Made by a program: the position numbers and the translations under genes. The notes under the pieces were generated by a model. It saw only the letters and a program-made list of their open reading frames with translations, made no database searches and was not told where the DNA came from. Positions 28,069 to 41,434 of a stretch of DNA of 64,000 nt are shown in pieces (the first letter of the stretch is position 1; every line of letters begins with the position of its first letter). Source of the stretch: Felis catus (taxonomy: Eukaryota); NCBI RefSeq assembly GCF_018350175.1, contig NC_058368.1:91204001-91268000 (forward strand). The letters run 5' to 3'.

Positions 28069-28659
28069 CCCATTGCAGCTCTTCCAAGATTGGATGAGGT
28101 TTCAGATGCTTGCTATTTTGCTACCTCATTAAATAAGGGTCCTGTAATGTGCACAGCGATATGGCTGGCCAGGATAAGAGTTCTTTGATTGTTAGCTGTT
28201 ATCATTACCATTATTATTTCCTGTGAAACAATATACAGCTCTCTCTTCCTTTCCTTTTTTTCCTAAACAGGGCTTTCAAGTGATAGCTCATACTCTCTTA
28301 TGATCTTAGAATGTCTAGTTACAGGATTTATATAATTTTGGTACTCATCAGGACATGAACAGGAGTCCCTAGGACCAAAGGGTTTGGGAGAATATAGATC
28401 CTTCAGTCTTTAAGGCTGACAGTGGCCACAGCAGAGGCCAAGAGCCTGCAGAGAATTGGGGTGGGTATAGCACTTGGGCAGCAGGTCTCGCTCTTCCTAG
28501 GGCAAGTTGATTTCTTTTTATCTTCTATCCCCTGTGTAGTAGTTAAGCTACTCCTTCCACTCAACCAGACTATTTGGCTTTTCACCTGACTGGACTTCCT
28601 ACTCTGCAGTGCATTCGCATATAGCAGCCAGATTGATCCTCTGAACATGATTAATCAGT

Positions 28660-29040
28660 CCTACAAGAAATATTTATTGAGCCAAGTGCTGATTAGGGTG
28701 CTAAGGATATAATAATGAACAAAACATATTTGTGCCCTTAGGAAACTTATGTTTTCGTGAGAGGAAGAAGGACAGTCAATATAGTAAATAAGTAAAATAC
28801 TTAGGAGTTTATTGGCATACGTTATGGAAAAAAGAAAAGCAATAAAATGGAAACAGGGAACTTGATGAGTGAGGGGAAAGGTTTACAATTTTGTATAGAG
28901 TTTTCAGGAAAGGCCACAATGAAAAGGGGACACTGAAGCCAAGACTTTAGGGGCTAAGGAGGGAGCCACAGGACTATTGCAGGAAGAGCATCCCACACAG
29001 AAGGAACCACCAGTGCAGAGGTCCTGAGGCAGGGGTGGGC
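28660..29040 (-). mobile_element. L2 3' fragment
   Basis: aaatatttattgag...gaagagcatccc...gtcctgaggcagg. Confidence 0.7.
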
Positions 29041-29683
29041 CTGCCCCGTATGAGGATCAATGAACTATAGATATTCCTACACTTATTATGGTCTTTTAGA
29101 TTAGTTTTCCTACTAACGGAGTCACAGATAATGCATTTGTACTAAACATGAAGGTAAATGCGGATTCTGTAACAGTATATAAATTCTGTGTGTATGTGTA
29201 CATGTGTTTACACACGCAGACGTATGCGCGCACACGGCACATTTCTGAGAATGATACAAAGTCGTGTATAAAACACAAATAATAAGTTTCTATGTTTAGG
29301 GGTAGTAAAGGGTAGCTTCCTGGAGATCTTAAAATATTACAGAATCCCAGTTTCTTATTTTATAGGCATAATCTTTGATGATAGATTTCTAATACTTCAC
29401 ACATGTTCTTATTTGTTTCCTTCAAAACTGATCACCAATGGAGTTAAGTCTAATGACCACTGATTAGAGGCTAAAAATCCACTGCTTTCCATATTACTAA
29501 TAATTCCCATCTATTTCAACATTAACAAGTTTACTAGCAATAATGCTGTCTTTAGGAACAGCATTTCTGTCTTTACATTTTCTACTCAGCTTTTCTAAGA
29601 GGCAAAATCTAATGATGAAGTACCAACTGTATAGATGAAAACCTTAGTACAAAAAAGGAAAACGATCATCTAGAAGGAAAGTT

Positions 29684-29910
29684 GGGAGGTGCCTGGGTGG
29701 CTCAGTCGGTTAAGCATCTGACTTCGGCTCAGGTCATGATCTCATGGTTCATGGGTTCGAGCCCCATGTCGGGCCCTGTGCTGACAGCTCAGAGCCTGGA
29801 GCCTGCTTCGGATTCTGTGTCTCCCTCTCTCCCTCTCTCTGCCTCTCCCCAACTTGCATTCTGTCTCTCTCTCAAAAATAAATAAAATGCAAAAAAAAAA
29901 AAAAAAATTT
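29684..29910 (+). mobile_element. Can-SINE
   Basis: TSD aaggaaagttggg. Confidence 0.9.
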
Positions 29911-30773
29911 AAAAGGAAAGTTGGGCCAGGATGTAGAAGTTCAATTTTTGCTAGATACTTGGAAATAAGAAGGGACAGCAAGGCAAGGAAAGAAAGTTAT
30001 GATTTTTTTTTTTTTTTTTTTTTTAGAATTAGTATTAAACCCGAAGGCAAAAAAAAACAAAACAAAATAAGAATCCTGTGTTCAACTTCTGGCATGTCAT
30101 TCCCCCTCTGAGCCCATCTCTTGCACTTGGAGAGGGGCTGACAGTACTTACCCCATAGGGTTATGAGGAGTGAGTCATGGTGGCTGGGCAAGAGCCGAAT
30201 ACAGCACCCCGTCCTCGACGCTTTCTTGTCTTGATTTTGGACAGGATAAGAAGACTAAATGGTCACTTAATCTGGCAGTAACATCGAAGAAAACCTGGAA
30301 AAAAGCAGACCTGGCGTTTGCACACCAGTTTTCTGGTTATCATTCTCTTGCTCCACTTTTCTGGGTCTTCAGTTTCTCCCCTCTGCTCCTGTAAATACAC
30401 AGTAGTCTCTTCGCTGGTGAACAAACCAGAGGCACTTGACCTCTGACTTCTTTCAGCTCTTGCCCTTTCTTCCTTTTCCTCTAAAGTTAACTCTGTTGAA
30501 ATGACAGTCTGAAACATCTTTACTTATCTACCCACAGCATAGTTCCCTCTGCACTACAAGTGCTCTTCCCCAAGGCCACGTCCTCAGCGTCCTTATGGCG
30601 AAGGCCCACAGCACCCTCCAGTTCTTAGAGCGCACCTGCACACTCCTGCTGCTTCTCTCTTCCCGTGGCTCTCCATAAGTTCTCTCCTCCTCCTCTGACT
30701 ACTCTTTTCTGTCCCCCTCACTGGTGTTCAATATCCACCCTCTCTGATCACTCCCTCTAAAACAGAGCCTCTG

Positions 30774-31149
30774 TGGGGCTCCAGGTGGCTCAGTCGGTTA
30801 AGTGTCTGAATTAGGCTCAGGTCATGATCTCAAGGTTCATAAGTTAGAGCCCCGAGTCGGGCTCTGTGCTGACAGCTCAGAGCCTGGAGCCTGCTTCAGA
30901 TCCTGTGTCTGCCCTCTCTCTCTGCCCCTCCCCACTCTGTCTCTCTCTCTCTCAAAAAAATAAACATTAAGTAAATAAGTACTGGGGAGCCTGGGTGGCT
31001 CAGTCGGTTGAGCATCCGACTTCGGCTCAGGTCCTGATCTCGCGGTCTGTGAGTTCAAGCCCCGTGTTGGGCTCTGTGCTGACAGCTCAGAGCCTGGAGC
31101 CTGCTTCGGATTCTGGGTCTCCCTCTCTCTCTGCCCCTCCCTCACTCAT

Positions 31150-31185
<36 letters not shown>

Positions 31186-31232
31186 AAAAATAAACAAACA
31201 TTAAAAAAAAAAACCTAAAAAAAACCCACCAA

Positions 31233-31275
<43 letters not shown>

Positions 31276-31277
31276 AA
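30774..31277 (+). mobile_element. Two tandem Can-SINEs (30774-30975, 30984-31277 with (TAAA)n tail) inside one TSD
   Basis: Flanking taaaaca(g/c)agc(c/t)tctgt. Confidence 0.9.
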
Positions 31278-32134
31278 CACAGCTTCTGTTACCTGATCTA
31301 GTTCCCCTATGCTGCTTGCTTTTTCCACATGGCACTGGGACTCTAAGTCATTCATTCCCTTCATTCCTCCTTCCTTTCCTGTCCCTTCTCCCTCCCTACT
31401 TTATTTCCTTACTAATTTTTTGTCCTCCCACTAGACTAATAAGCTCCATGGGGAAACCACCTGTCTTGTTTGTTGCTATAACCACAGTGCTAGGGCCAGG
31501 GCCTAGTGCTCACAAAATATTTGTTGAATAAATAGGTCATTTACATAAGAACAAATAAAAATAGCAATAGTAATCAAATCCACAGAAATCTATATAGTAA
31601 AGGCACTTAAAGCTACCTTAAGGGATCATAAAATATCCAAAATTGTGCAGTATGTAGCATGAGCCCTACAAAATACATCTTTTGAACCAGTGATTCTTTA
31701 AAATCCTGTTCTAAAGAACAGAAAGCCAACTGGAAACCAGCAGCAATGTTCAGAAGATTCTATTTTTCCTATCAATATGTTACTTTACTGATTTTTTATT
31801 GCTTTATACTTGATAGCCATACACTATCCAGAGATCAAAAAACATGTGTCTATCTCTTTAATTTAAAAAATATATTAAGAAGAAGTGGTAAATGCTTTCA
31901 TATTGAGTAGAGAATAAAAGGGTGTAAAATGTGTTTTTTTCAGAAAAAGTGATAACATCTAACAGAGAAATCTCAGTTGTAATGGGGATTAGAAACCAGA
32001 TAACAAAGACTAAATGCATTAAATGCTTAGAGGAGAAAGATCCGGATGCAGATTAAAAATTTAGGAACAAGAAAGGGAATATGTAAGATGTAAGGTTACT
32101 AGTGAAAATAACAAGGCTAAAGTCATCTTCATTT

Positions 32135-32369
32135 GTTTTTTGTTTTTTGTTTTTTTAATTTTTTTTTCAACGTTTATTTATTTTTTTTGGGACAGAGAGA
32201 GAGCATGAACGGGGGAGGGGCAGAGAGAGAGGGAGACACAGAATCAGAAACAGGCTCCAGGCTCTGAGCCATCAGCCCAGAGCCTGTTGCGGGGCTCGAA
32301 CTCACGGACTGCAAGATCGTGACCTGGCTGAAGTCGGACGCTTAACCGACTGCGCCACCCAGGTGCCCC
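32135..32369 (-). mobile_element. Young felid SINEC_Fc
   Basis: Diagnostic cagccaggtcacgat and ctgatggctcag; TSD tcttca(t/c)ttgttttt. Confidence 0.9.
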
Positions 32370-32842
32370 TCTTCACTTGTTTTTAAATGAAGACTATAAA
32401 CACGTATACAAGTATGCAACTCAACGTTAGTTTCCTTTAGAAAGGCTGACAAAGTTTTAAATGAATGAGGGAAAAGAAAGCTATGGATACAGGGTATGGC
32501 TGAAAGACTGAGGAAACAGAGGGAAGAGAATATAGAGACAGCCAGTAAGGGACTCGGAGTACAGATGAAGACAGAAGAGGAAATAATAATTGCTAACATT
32601 TGCTGATGTTCAAGGCAATTAATAAGTGCTACGAATATAATAACTCATTTAAATCCTCATCCAGGATTCCCTCCCTCCCTGGTAAGGACTTTTGCAAGAG
32701 GATGAGCAACATGAGTAAGGTGGAGGCATTTGAGAGAATACATGCTGGTGGTGCAGCCTCTCCTAGAGACCCAGGGAGCTCCACTGTGATTTCTTCTGAG
32801 GGGACACACTCAGGCAGCCAGTTCCCGCCACCTGATACTCAC

Positions 32843-32935
32843 CTGGAGAGAGGCACGCTGGAAGTTCTTTTGTCACCTGGCTCAGTTCCTCCAGTTCCAG
32901 CTGAGAACTCACATTTGGTTTGGAAAGCCGATGCC
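32843..32935 (-). CDS. ZFP2: ZFP2 KRAB-B-like exon ((G)HRLSKPNVSSQLELEELSQVTKELPACLSP)
   Basis: 93-nt phase 1-1 open exon, cccaagcag| ... CCAG|gtgagt; KPNV.SQLE motif; in frame with the last exon. Confidence 0.75.
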
Positions 32936-33134
32936 CTGCTTGGGAGGAGACACTAAATTTGGGTTCTGAATGGAGTAAACCATTCCCAGCACCTGTCCTT
33001 GTCCCTTCCCCCTCAGGCCTTCTGACGGCTCCATTTTCCAGCCCACATCCAAAGAGAACACCCTAAAACAGTGACCTATAACAGCAGGACTACAAGTGCA
33101 GATTCCTGAATTTCATTGGTTGTACAAGGTGTCA

Positions 33135-33323
<189 letters not shown>

Positions 33324-33539
33324 CTATAAATTCATGCTCAAAGGATTATGCCAATAAAATCCCCCTGAGGGAAGTGCAAAAACAAGCAGCATTAGAAGGG
33401 ACAGGATAAAGAGATCTGTGTGAGAAAAATGTATTATCTGCCAAAAGAAACTAAGTAAAAATGTGCATTATCATGAAATAATCAGAGATAAGTATAATAT
33501 AGAAAATGCTTTGGCATTTAAGGACAGGAAGAGGAGGTA

Positions 33540-34098
33540 TTAGGGAATAACCAGGAAACATACAGAAGGCTGCTCTAGATTACCACTGGAGAAAAGTAGG
33601 TGGTGTTCTGATTGCCTCCCATTTACCCCACTAGTGAAGGAGGGATCCTGCTCCTTAAATAGCACAAGATGAGTGAACACATGACACCCAGCACTGGATG
33701 GAAAAGACTGACAGCAATTTATCAGTAACTCATAGCCTGGGGAAGGAGGAAATACCCACCATTCAGGGCCACGCAGGGGCTGCACTTGTGAACCAGCAGG
33801 GGCTGTGGGAGACAGGCTGTGTAGCGACAAGAGGGTGAGGTGACCCTTGGTAACCGTGGGAAGATGCAGTTGGCTTGTTTCAACAGTTGCATGGGCTGGT
33901 AGGGAGGTGAAACCCATTAGGTTTCACTGGGAGGGAGGAGTGCACCTGGTCAGGCCGAGGGGAGAGCTAGCTGAGTAGGGTGCTTTTCCTGCTGGGTTGG
34001 GGCAAGGAGACCAAGGGAACTCATAGCTAGGTCTCTGGAGCCCCCATGAGGCTCAAAGTTGTCAAGGCAGCACATGGAATTTCAGGCTTTACAATATA
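33540..34098 (-). mobile_element. Probable old ERV LTR, family unassigned
   Basis: Minus strand begins tgtaaagcctgaaattccatgtgctgccttgac; LTR-like length and composition. Confidence 0.4.
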
Positions 34099-34295
34099 GG
34101 CGGGAATCCCAGTTAATGGAGGGAAAACGTGTACAAATAGGGTACATCTAGAACATGGTTGAGAGGAACAATAAAACACCCAGCTTGACTTGGAAATGGC
34201 ATTTCAAATTTATAAGCCCATTTCAGCCTAGTTCCCTAGCCCTTAGACTAGGAAGCAAAACGGGATAGGCATTCAGTATCTGTTGAATGAGTTCA

Positions 34296-34761
34296 CATGA
34301 TGGTTACTTTTATGTATCAACTTGACTGGGCTAAGGTATGCCCAGATAGCTAGTAAAGCATTATTTCCATGTGTTTCTGTGAGGGCGCTCCCAGTGAATC
34401 AGTAGACTGAGTAAAGATCAGCCCTCAGCAATGTGGGAGGGCATCATCCAATTCACTGAGGGCCCAAATAGAACAAAAAGGCTAAGAGAGGACAAATTTG
34501 CTGGCTCTGCTCGAGCTGACACAGCCTCCTCCTCTGGCCTTCATAGCTCTTGAGCCCTCAGACTTGGACCAGGACTTAGAGCATCAGTCCCCTGGACCTC
34601 AGGCCTCTGGGTTTGTAGTAGGACTACATACACCTTGACTTTCCTAGGCCTCCAGATTGCAGAGGGCAGACTGTGGGGACTCTAGCCACCCTAATCGCCT
34701 GGGCCAATTCCTTATAACTTCTTTCTGTATCTATGTATATCCTCTGGGTTCTGACTAATGC
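34296..34761 (+). mobile_element. ERVL LTR (MLT2-like)
   Basis: tgatggttacttttatgtatcaacttgactgggctaag ... ctgactaatgca. Confidence 0.85.
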
Positions 34762-35693
34762 AGGAAGGCAGCACTAACATCCTGAGTTTTGCACTAACAA
34801 GTGTGTCTGACACCTCACCTCATTTAATCCATATGACAGCCTGTTAGACTGATAGCACTAAAGCCACCATTTTATGATGAGAAATCTGAGGATGAAAATG
34901 GTTAAATCACATCTCCAAGATCACACAGCTGGGGCTCAAACCAAAGGCCATCTACATCTAACTCCTTGTGTTGTGAGAAGAGAAGGCAGCCAAGAAAAGA
35001 ACCCTTGCAACCAACCCCCATCAGAGAGAGTGGGGGAAGGGGGCGTGGGAGGAGGGATTGAGAGGGAAGGAGACTCAGGTAGGAGGAGAGAGAGTTTCAG
35101 GGAGGAAGGGGTGGGTCAAACAGAATGATGACTGAAAAGAGAGCTGCTGGTTGGAAAATTAGCTAATTTCCACAGAGTGGTGAAGGCAGAAGTCAACTTA
35201 CAGTGGATGAAGCGCTAAATGTAAGATCAGGAATAAGAAGCAGCTACATGAAATTACTTCAAACTTCTCTGAAAAAGATGAAAGAAGACGGTATGGAAAG
35301 AAGTAGGGACTAGATAATGGCAATAAAACAGTCGACGAGGTGCTGTGCTGTGTAAGTGGGCAGAGGGCATAAAAGGCCCAGAGACCGCAGATGGGACGGA
35401 ACCGACGTCCAAAAAATTTGTGTGTTTTACATCCTGCTGGCTGTGAATCTCCAGAAAAAGTGTCAAAACAGAGGCAGAGTTCATTTGCTTTCTACCTCCT
35501 CATTTTCTCCTAATTATTTAATGAATATATCAACATTAAAAAAATGTTAAAAACCACTCACAAATATTGTCAAGAAATATAAAGATAGCTACTAGTAGGA
35601 TCTAATTACACGACAATACTTCCATTTTATGAAAGGAAAAAAACCAACCAAGAAAAATCATCAGTTTAACAAATGTGAAGAAAGGACACAAGA

Positions 35694-35903
35694 GAGGTGC
35701 CTGGGTGGCTCAGTCAGTTAAGCGTCCGACTTCAGGTCATGACCTCACAGTTCATGAGTTCAAGCCCCACATGAGGCTCTGTACTGGCAGCTCAGAGCCT
35801 GGAGCCTGCTTCAGCTTCTGAGTGTGTCTCTCTCTGCCCCTCCCCCACTCACACTTTTTTTTCTCTCTCTCTCTCAAAGATAAATAAATGTTATAAAAAA
35901 AAA
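35694..35903 (+). mobile_element. Can-SINE
   Basis: TSD aaaggacacaaga. Confidence 0.88.
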
Positions 35904-36014
35904 GGACACAAGAAAGCATAATACACCTAGATAATTAATCAGAAAAAGACCTGATACTTGTATAACAACATATGTAAACGAATTGACTTTCTCTATTAAA
36001 AAGACAAAAACTCT

Positions 36015-36232
36015 TGGGGTACCTGGGTGGCTCAGCTGGTTAAGTATCTGATTCTTGGTTTTGGCTCAGGTCATGATCTCATGATTCGTGGGTTCGAGCC
36101 CTACATCAGGCTCTGTAATGTGTCAGCACAGAGACTGCTTGGAATTCTCTCTCTCTGCCCCTGTCCAGCTCATGCTCTCTTGTCCTTCTGCCTCTCAAAA
36201 TAAATAAATAAACTTAAAAAAAATTTTTTTAA
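36015..36232 (+). mobile_element. Can-SINE
   Basis: TSD aaaagacaaaaactct. Confidence 0.88.
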
Positions 36233-37972
36233 AAAGACAAAAACTCTCAAGTTGGTTTCAAATCTAGCACATATAAGAGATAGACCTAAAACACAAAGTT
36301 AAAAAATAATTATGTAGGGGGATAGAGACAAGATACAGCAAATGCAAATAAAAAGAAAGGAGAAAAAAAAGAAGAAACAAGGAAGAGAACATATAAATAG
36401 CAGATAAGGTAGAATATATGTGGAAACAAAACATAAGCCCCTTCTTTGTAAAAGAAGGTAACATCAGAAATAGGACATTCTCTTTCCAAAAATTAATCCA
36501 CTTTTTTTTCAATAAATTGTCTTGTTAGCTGAATATATTGGACAAAATTAGAAGCTCAGATTCAGACACCTATGGGCTATACACCGGTCTTCCCCACTTC
36601 CCTGTATTCTTGTCACCTGAAGAGCAGAGCTCCCAAGTTGCCACAGAGCTTGTCTTTACTACAAAACACTCTGGATCCCTGAACTATAAAAGGACTCATG
36701 AAAACTGATTTAGATAAGTACAAAAGAGCATTTTAAAAGGCCAAAGTGAAACTTAATGATATTGTTCATAAAATATATTTGTTGTTAATCTCTGTCATCC
36801 ATAAAATATATTTGCTGCTAATCCCTTCAGATGCTTTTCTCTTTCTCCTTTCCACTCCATATGGGTCTTTTTCTTCCCCAGCACGTTAAAAGCACAGGGT
36901 AACTCATGGTGTTTGAAATAAGCAGATTCATGGATTTATCTCATTCATGAAAAAGCTTTCTTAAACCTAAAAACACAGGCTTTTTGATATTGTTATTCTT
37001 TGAAAACGTTAAGAATCAAATGGAATGAATAGGGACATTTTAATGATGAAAGTATAATTTATAAAGAAAGTACGATAGTGAAGTTTGAGTCACAACAGCT
37101 ACGAAATGTTTTCAGATATAATTCTTAGCAATCCAACTTAAAAAAAAAACCACAATCATGGTTAAATCTCAATCACAATAGCAACAAATATACTTAATAG
37201 GAGTATGTAAGATCCTTGTGATCAACCTTAACAAAAGCCACAATGAAGGGTCTGAATAAAATGAAGGGTAGTATTTTTATTCAGTAGGAAGAATAAACAT
37301 TGTAAAAGATGGCAGTCTTCCTCAAATTGATATAGATTTAGTGGAATTCAAATCAGAATTGCATATTTTTTAACAGTTACTGTTGGAACTTGGTGATAAT
37401 AAATTTCAACTATAAAGGTAAATGCAAATGAATAGTCCAATAACCAGAATTTTTAAAAGAAAATCAAGGGGGGGGGGATTTGCTTCAACAAAATAAATTC
37501 TAAACAAATAAAATAGTGTGGTACTATAACAGAGAGCGATAGAACAGAGTCCAGAAAAACTTGTGTGTGTATACAGACACATACATATACTTTTTATAAC
37601 ATATGTATAAATAGAATATACATTAAAGGTAGGATTTCAAATCTATGGAGAATAAGTACATTATTGAGTAGATTACATCAGTTTGAGTGCCAGCTCCTCA
37701 GAGGTGCCACTCCGGCTCTGCCTAGCTAAAACTGACATCACACTCCACCATGCCGCCCTGCTGGGTGGCCACCACAGCACTTAACAGTGTCCTCAGTGAT
37801 TATTTCTTCTTCATTGCTGTGCCCAGACAGGATCTAGGAGAAAGGGACCCATCCTGACTCATTCACTGCTCTCTTCGGAGCGTAACCACATAACATGTGG
37901 TAGGCAGGTACTCAATCCATTTAGCGAATGGATGATGAAGTGCTTCACCACATCTTTAAATGAAGTTGGACT

Positions 37973-38192
37973 AGGAGCACCTGGGTGGCTCGGTCAGTTA
38001 AGTGTCTGACTTTAGCTCAGGTCATGACCTCACAGCTCTTGAGTTCAAGCTCCACCTCAGACTCTGCGCTGACAGCTCAGAGCCTGGAGCCTGCTTCAGA
38101 TTCTGTGTCCCCCTCTCTCTCCGCCCCTTCCCTGCTTGTGCTCTCATTCTCTCTCTCTCTCAAAAATAAATAAAACATTAAAAAAAAAAAAT
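37973..38192 (+). mobile_element. Can-SINE
   Basis: TSD tttaaatgaagttggacta. Confidence 0.9.
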
Positions 38193-38674
38193 TTAAATGA
38201 AGTTGGACTACAATCTCTCATTATATACAATAAATTCCATATAGCCCAAGGATGTAAATTTAACATGATAAAACTAATAGGAAATGTAGAAGAATATTTA
38301 TATAATCTTAGGATACAGAAAGCCTTTCAGAGCCTGATTCCAAAGCCAAACAAAGGAAAAGGAAAGTTAACTGCATAAAACTTCCAAAACTGATTTCTGG
38401 CAGAAGATGTTATAAACAGATATAAAAGAAAAATGACAGGGAATAAATAATATTGGTGATTTATGGCAAAGGATTAGTATCCACATTACATAAGAGGCTT
38501 CTTTTATACATAAACCACCCAGTATAAAACTGGACAAAGGATGTAAATAGGTATTTAAAAGGCCAGAAGAATGCTTAGTTTTGAGGGCTTGAGACCTGTA
38601 ATTATATATTATAGCCTTAAGAATTTTTTTTACAACTACATGCCTAGTATTTATATTCAGAAAAAGAAGATTAA

Positions 38675-38880
38675 ATTTATTTTTAAGTTTATTTTGAGAG
38701 AGAGAGCATGCACGCACAAGTAGGGGAGGGGCAGAGAGAGAGGGAGAGAGAGAATTGCCAGCAGGCTGTGTACTGTCAGCACAGAGCCCAGTGCGGGGCT
38801 TGAACCACAAACCGTGAGGTCATGGCCTGGGCCAAAACCAAGAGTAGGACGCTTAACCGACTGAGCCACCCAGGTGCCCC
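38675..38880 (-). mobile_element. Can-SINE
   Basis: TSD aagaagat(t/a)aa. Confidence 0.88.
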
Positions 38881-39997
38881 AAGAAGATAAAATTTAAGGG
38901 CAAATATGAGTCATATTTGTGCGATTCACAGTCACATCTCTGGCCAATAGGGGAAAGACGCACTGATGCGTCCCAACTCCAAGTGTCATGGTCATCCAAG
39001 ACAAAGACTGAGGAGCTGTTCCAGGATAAGGGAGGCTAAGGAGATGTAGCAGCTGAATCCCAGTTGTAATCTAGATTGGTTCTGGACCAGACAAAGGACA
39101 TTTGTGGCAAAATATGTGTAAGGTTAGCAGATTAGCTAATAGCACTATATCCATGTAAATCTCCTCATTCAGTACTTGTATTTTGGTTACATAAAACAAG
39201 AGCTTGTTTCTAGGAAACACCTACTGAAATATTCAGAAATCAAACCAGTGATTGCCTGGCATAGGGGATGTAGACTGGATGGTGGTGACACCACTTTCTG
39301 AGGTGATGAAAATGTTGTCTAGCTTTTTGGGGCAGTGATTATGTTGGTGCCCAAGTTTGTCAAAACTCAATGAATTATATGCTTAAAATGGGTTATTTTA
39401 TATAAATTATACCTGGGAAAAAAGCTGATTTTAAAACTTAACACTGTTTTAACTAAATAGAATCAAGGCTACTGACAACCAAATCACAACCTTCATCAAC
39501 CAAAATCTTCTGAACATTCCCCCTTTAAACCTTCTTTTCCAGAAATTCCGTCTTTCTCCTGCCTATATTTTGGTGCGTTATGAAGCCTTTTATAATGGAG
39601 CTTGACAATACAAAGGAGAGAAAGTAGTAACAGAAACAGAAATCACAACAGCTAATAATTGTCTTCATGAAGCCTTCTTTGAACTGGTTCCTTTGATAAA
39701 TAAGCGACATATCTGATCTTACGAACAGACAAAACACAAGTCCCGTGGGACTGGAGGAGACAAGGTTACACAAGCCTAACCTTAAAAAGAAAAAAAAACA
39801 AAAACAAAAACAAAACTTAGGGTCTCCTGGACCAAGTACCCCTAATATCTTATTCCTTTTCCAGAGGAGCAACACCTCCAGGTTCTAGTAAAAACTAGCA
39901 GGTTCCATTTGCAAGCAATCTCGCAGGGCAAAAAAACCCACAAAAAAACCCAAAAAACAAAAAACACTGGGCTTCTCACTACTCTTTCATGCATGAT

Positions 39998-40008
39998 TTC
40001 TTTCTTTT

Positions 40009-40051
<43 letters not shown>

Positions 40052-40064
40052 ATGTTTGTTTCTT

Positions 40065-40100
<36 letters not shown>

Positions 40101-40271
40101 CACGAGCAGGGGAGGGGCAGAGAGAGAGAGAGAGAGACACAGAATCTGAAGCAGGCTCCAGGCTCTGCGCTGTCAGCACAGAGCCCAAAGCAGGGCTTGA
40201 ACTCATGAACTGTGAGATCATGACCTGAGCTGAAGTCAGACACTCAATCGACTGAGCCACCCAGGTGCCCC
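39998..40271 (-). mobile_element. Can-SINE with (TTTC)n tail
   Basis: TSD tgcatgatttc. Confidence 0.9.
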
Positions 40272-40358
40272 TGCATGATTTCTTTTAGCTATTGGGACAC
40301 TGCTTCTTCCTAAGAAAGCTAGGAACATGCCAACTCTCTTATCAAAATTCCTCCTCTT

Positions 40359-40527
40359 TGAGCCAAAGCATAAGAAACTCTTAAAAACTGAGAACAAACT
40401 GAGGGTTGATGGGGGGTGGGAGGGAGGGGAGGGTGGGTGATGGGTATTGAGGAGGGCACCTTTGGGGATGAGCACTGGGTGTTGTATGGAAACCAATTTG
40501 ACAATAAACTTCATATATTGAAAAAAA
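40359..40527 (+). mobile_element. Young, extremely 5'-truncated felid-type L1 3' end
   Basis: gagcactgggtgttgtatggaaaccaatttgacaataaa plus poly-A; perfect 15-bp TSD aaaattcctcctctt (40344-40358, 40528-40542). Confidence 0.88.
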
Positions 40528-41401
40528 AAAATTCCTCCTCTTCTACCCCCATGCCTAGCATACACACAAACTCCTTCCTCCTTCCTGGCATTTGACCCCA
40601 AACTTTGTATCTGATTCCTTCTCACCACCAGTCACTGCCACATTTGCTCCACCAAGCTGGAATAATGCTAGGAATGCCTTACAGAGAGTACCTTTAACAT
40701 TCCAGTAACTACGCTGGGCACTTTCTACTTAACATTCTTTCATGTTTCAACAGACGCAGGAAGTACATATTATTAAACGAAATGAACCAGGTGAAATGCT
40801 TAAGAATGTCAAGTATGTAGCAAAGGATCAGTTAGTGTGGTTATTTCCATCATCCTCATTAGGAACTTCAGGGAAGTCAGGTTACTTATCCAAGACAATG
40901 CAACTATTAATGGTAGAGTCAGGATTTAATCTTGGGACACTTTAACTCCATCACAGAAAATCTTCTCCAATTATCCCTATCCAACCTTACTTCTCCCGGT
41001 TGCCACACTGATGTCCTCCTCCAGGTCTTGGGACACATACAGTCTTGGTACCTAGCCATACTTGTTCTTATTATCCTATTCACGTACGGTCATCATGACT
41101 GTATCTTGTAGAGAAGTGACTTCTTTTACGTTCCCTGAGAGTCCGTAAACCCTGTAAGTACCCAGACCAATTTTCATATGATTTTCGTTCCTTTTGTGAC
41201 CCTTGAGCGCCACCAAAAGCCCAGCAGTCCAGGGCTTCCAGCTGAATGAGGGCTTCCAGCTGAGGGACACTAATGGGGGATATGTGGGAAATTTTCAGAT
41301 TTAGAGATTTCTGTAGCCCTGTCCTCTGCCGTGAAGCCCAGGTACAGTATGGGAATAAGTAGTAGGGAGTAAGGGAGAGGTTTCAGAGAGAAGGAGCTTA
41401 C

Positions 41402-41434
41402 CTGAGTTCCCAGTGGCAGAGGCCGAGCAGCCAT
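41402..41434 (-). CDS. ZFP2: ZFP2 first coding segment (MAARPLPLGTQ); the exon probably extends to an acceptor at 41499
   Basis: gcaATGG Kozak context, 33 nt to CAG|gtaagc; polypyrimidine acceptor ttcttttccttccctcag upstream; same layout as ZNF454 exon 2. Confidence 0.78.

Noticed and set aside
40991..41051. Possible 61-nt cassette exon in ZFP2 with a GTAAG donor
   Set aside because: The acceptor lacks a polypyrimidine tract and the exon would be frameshifting; no support
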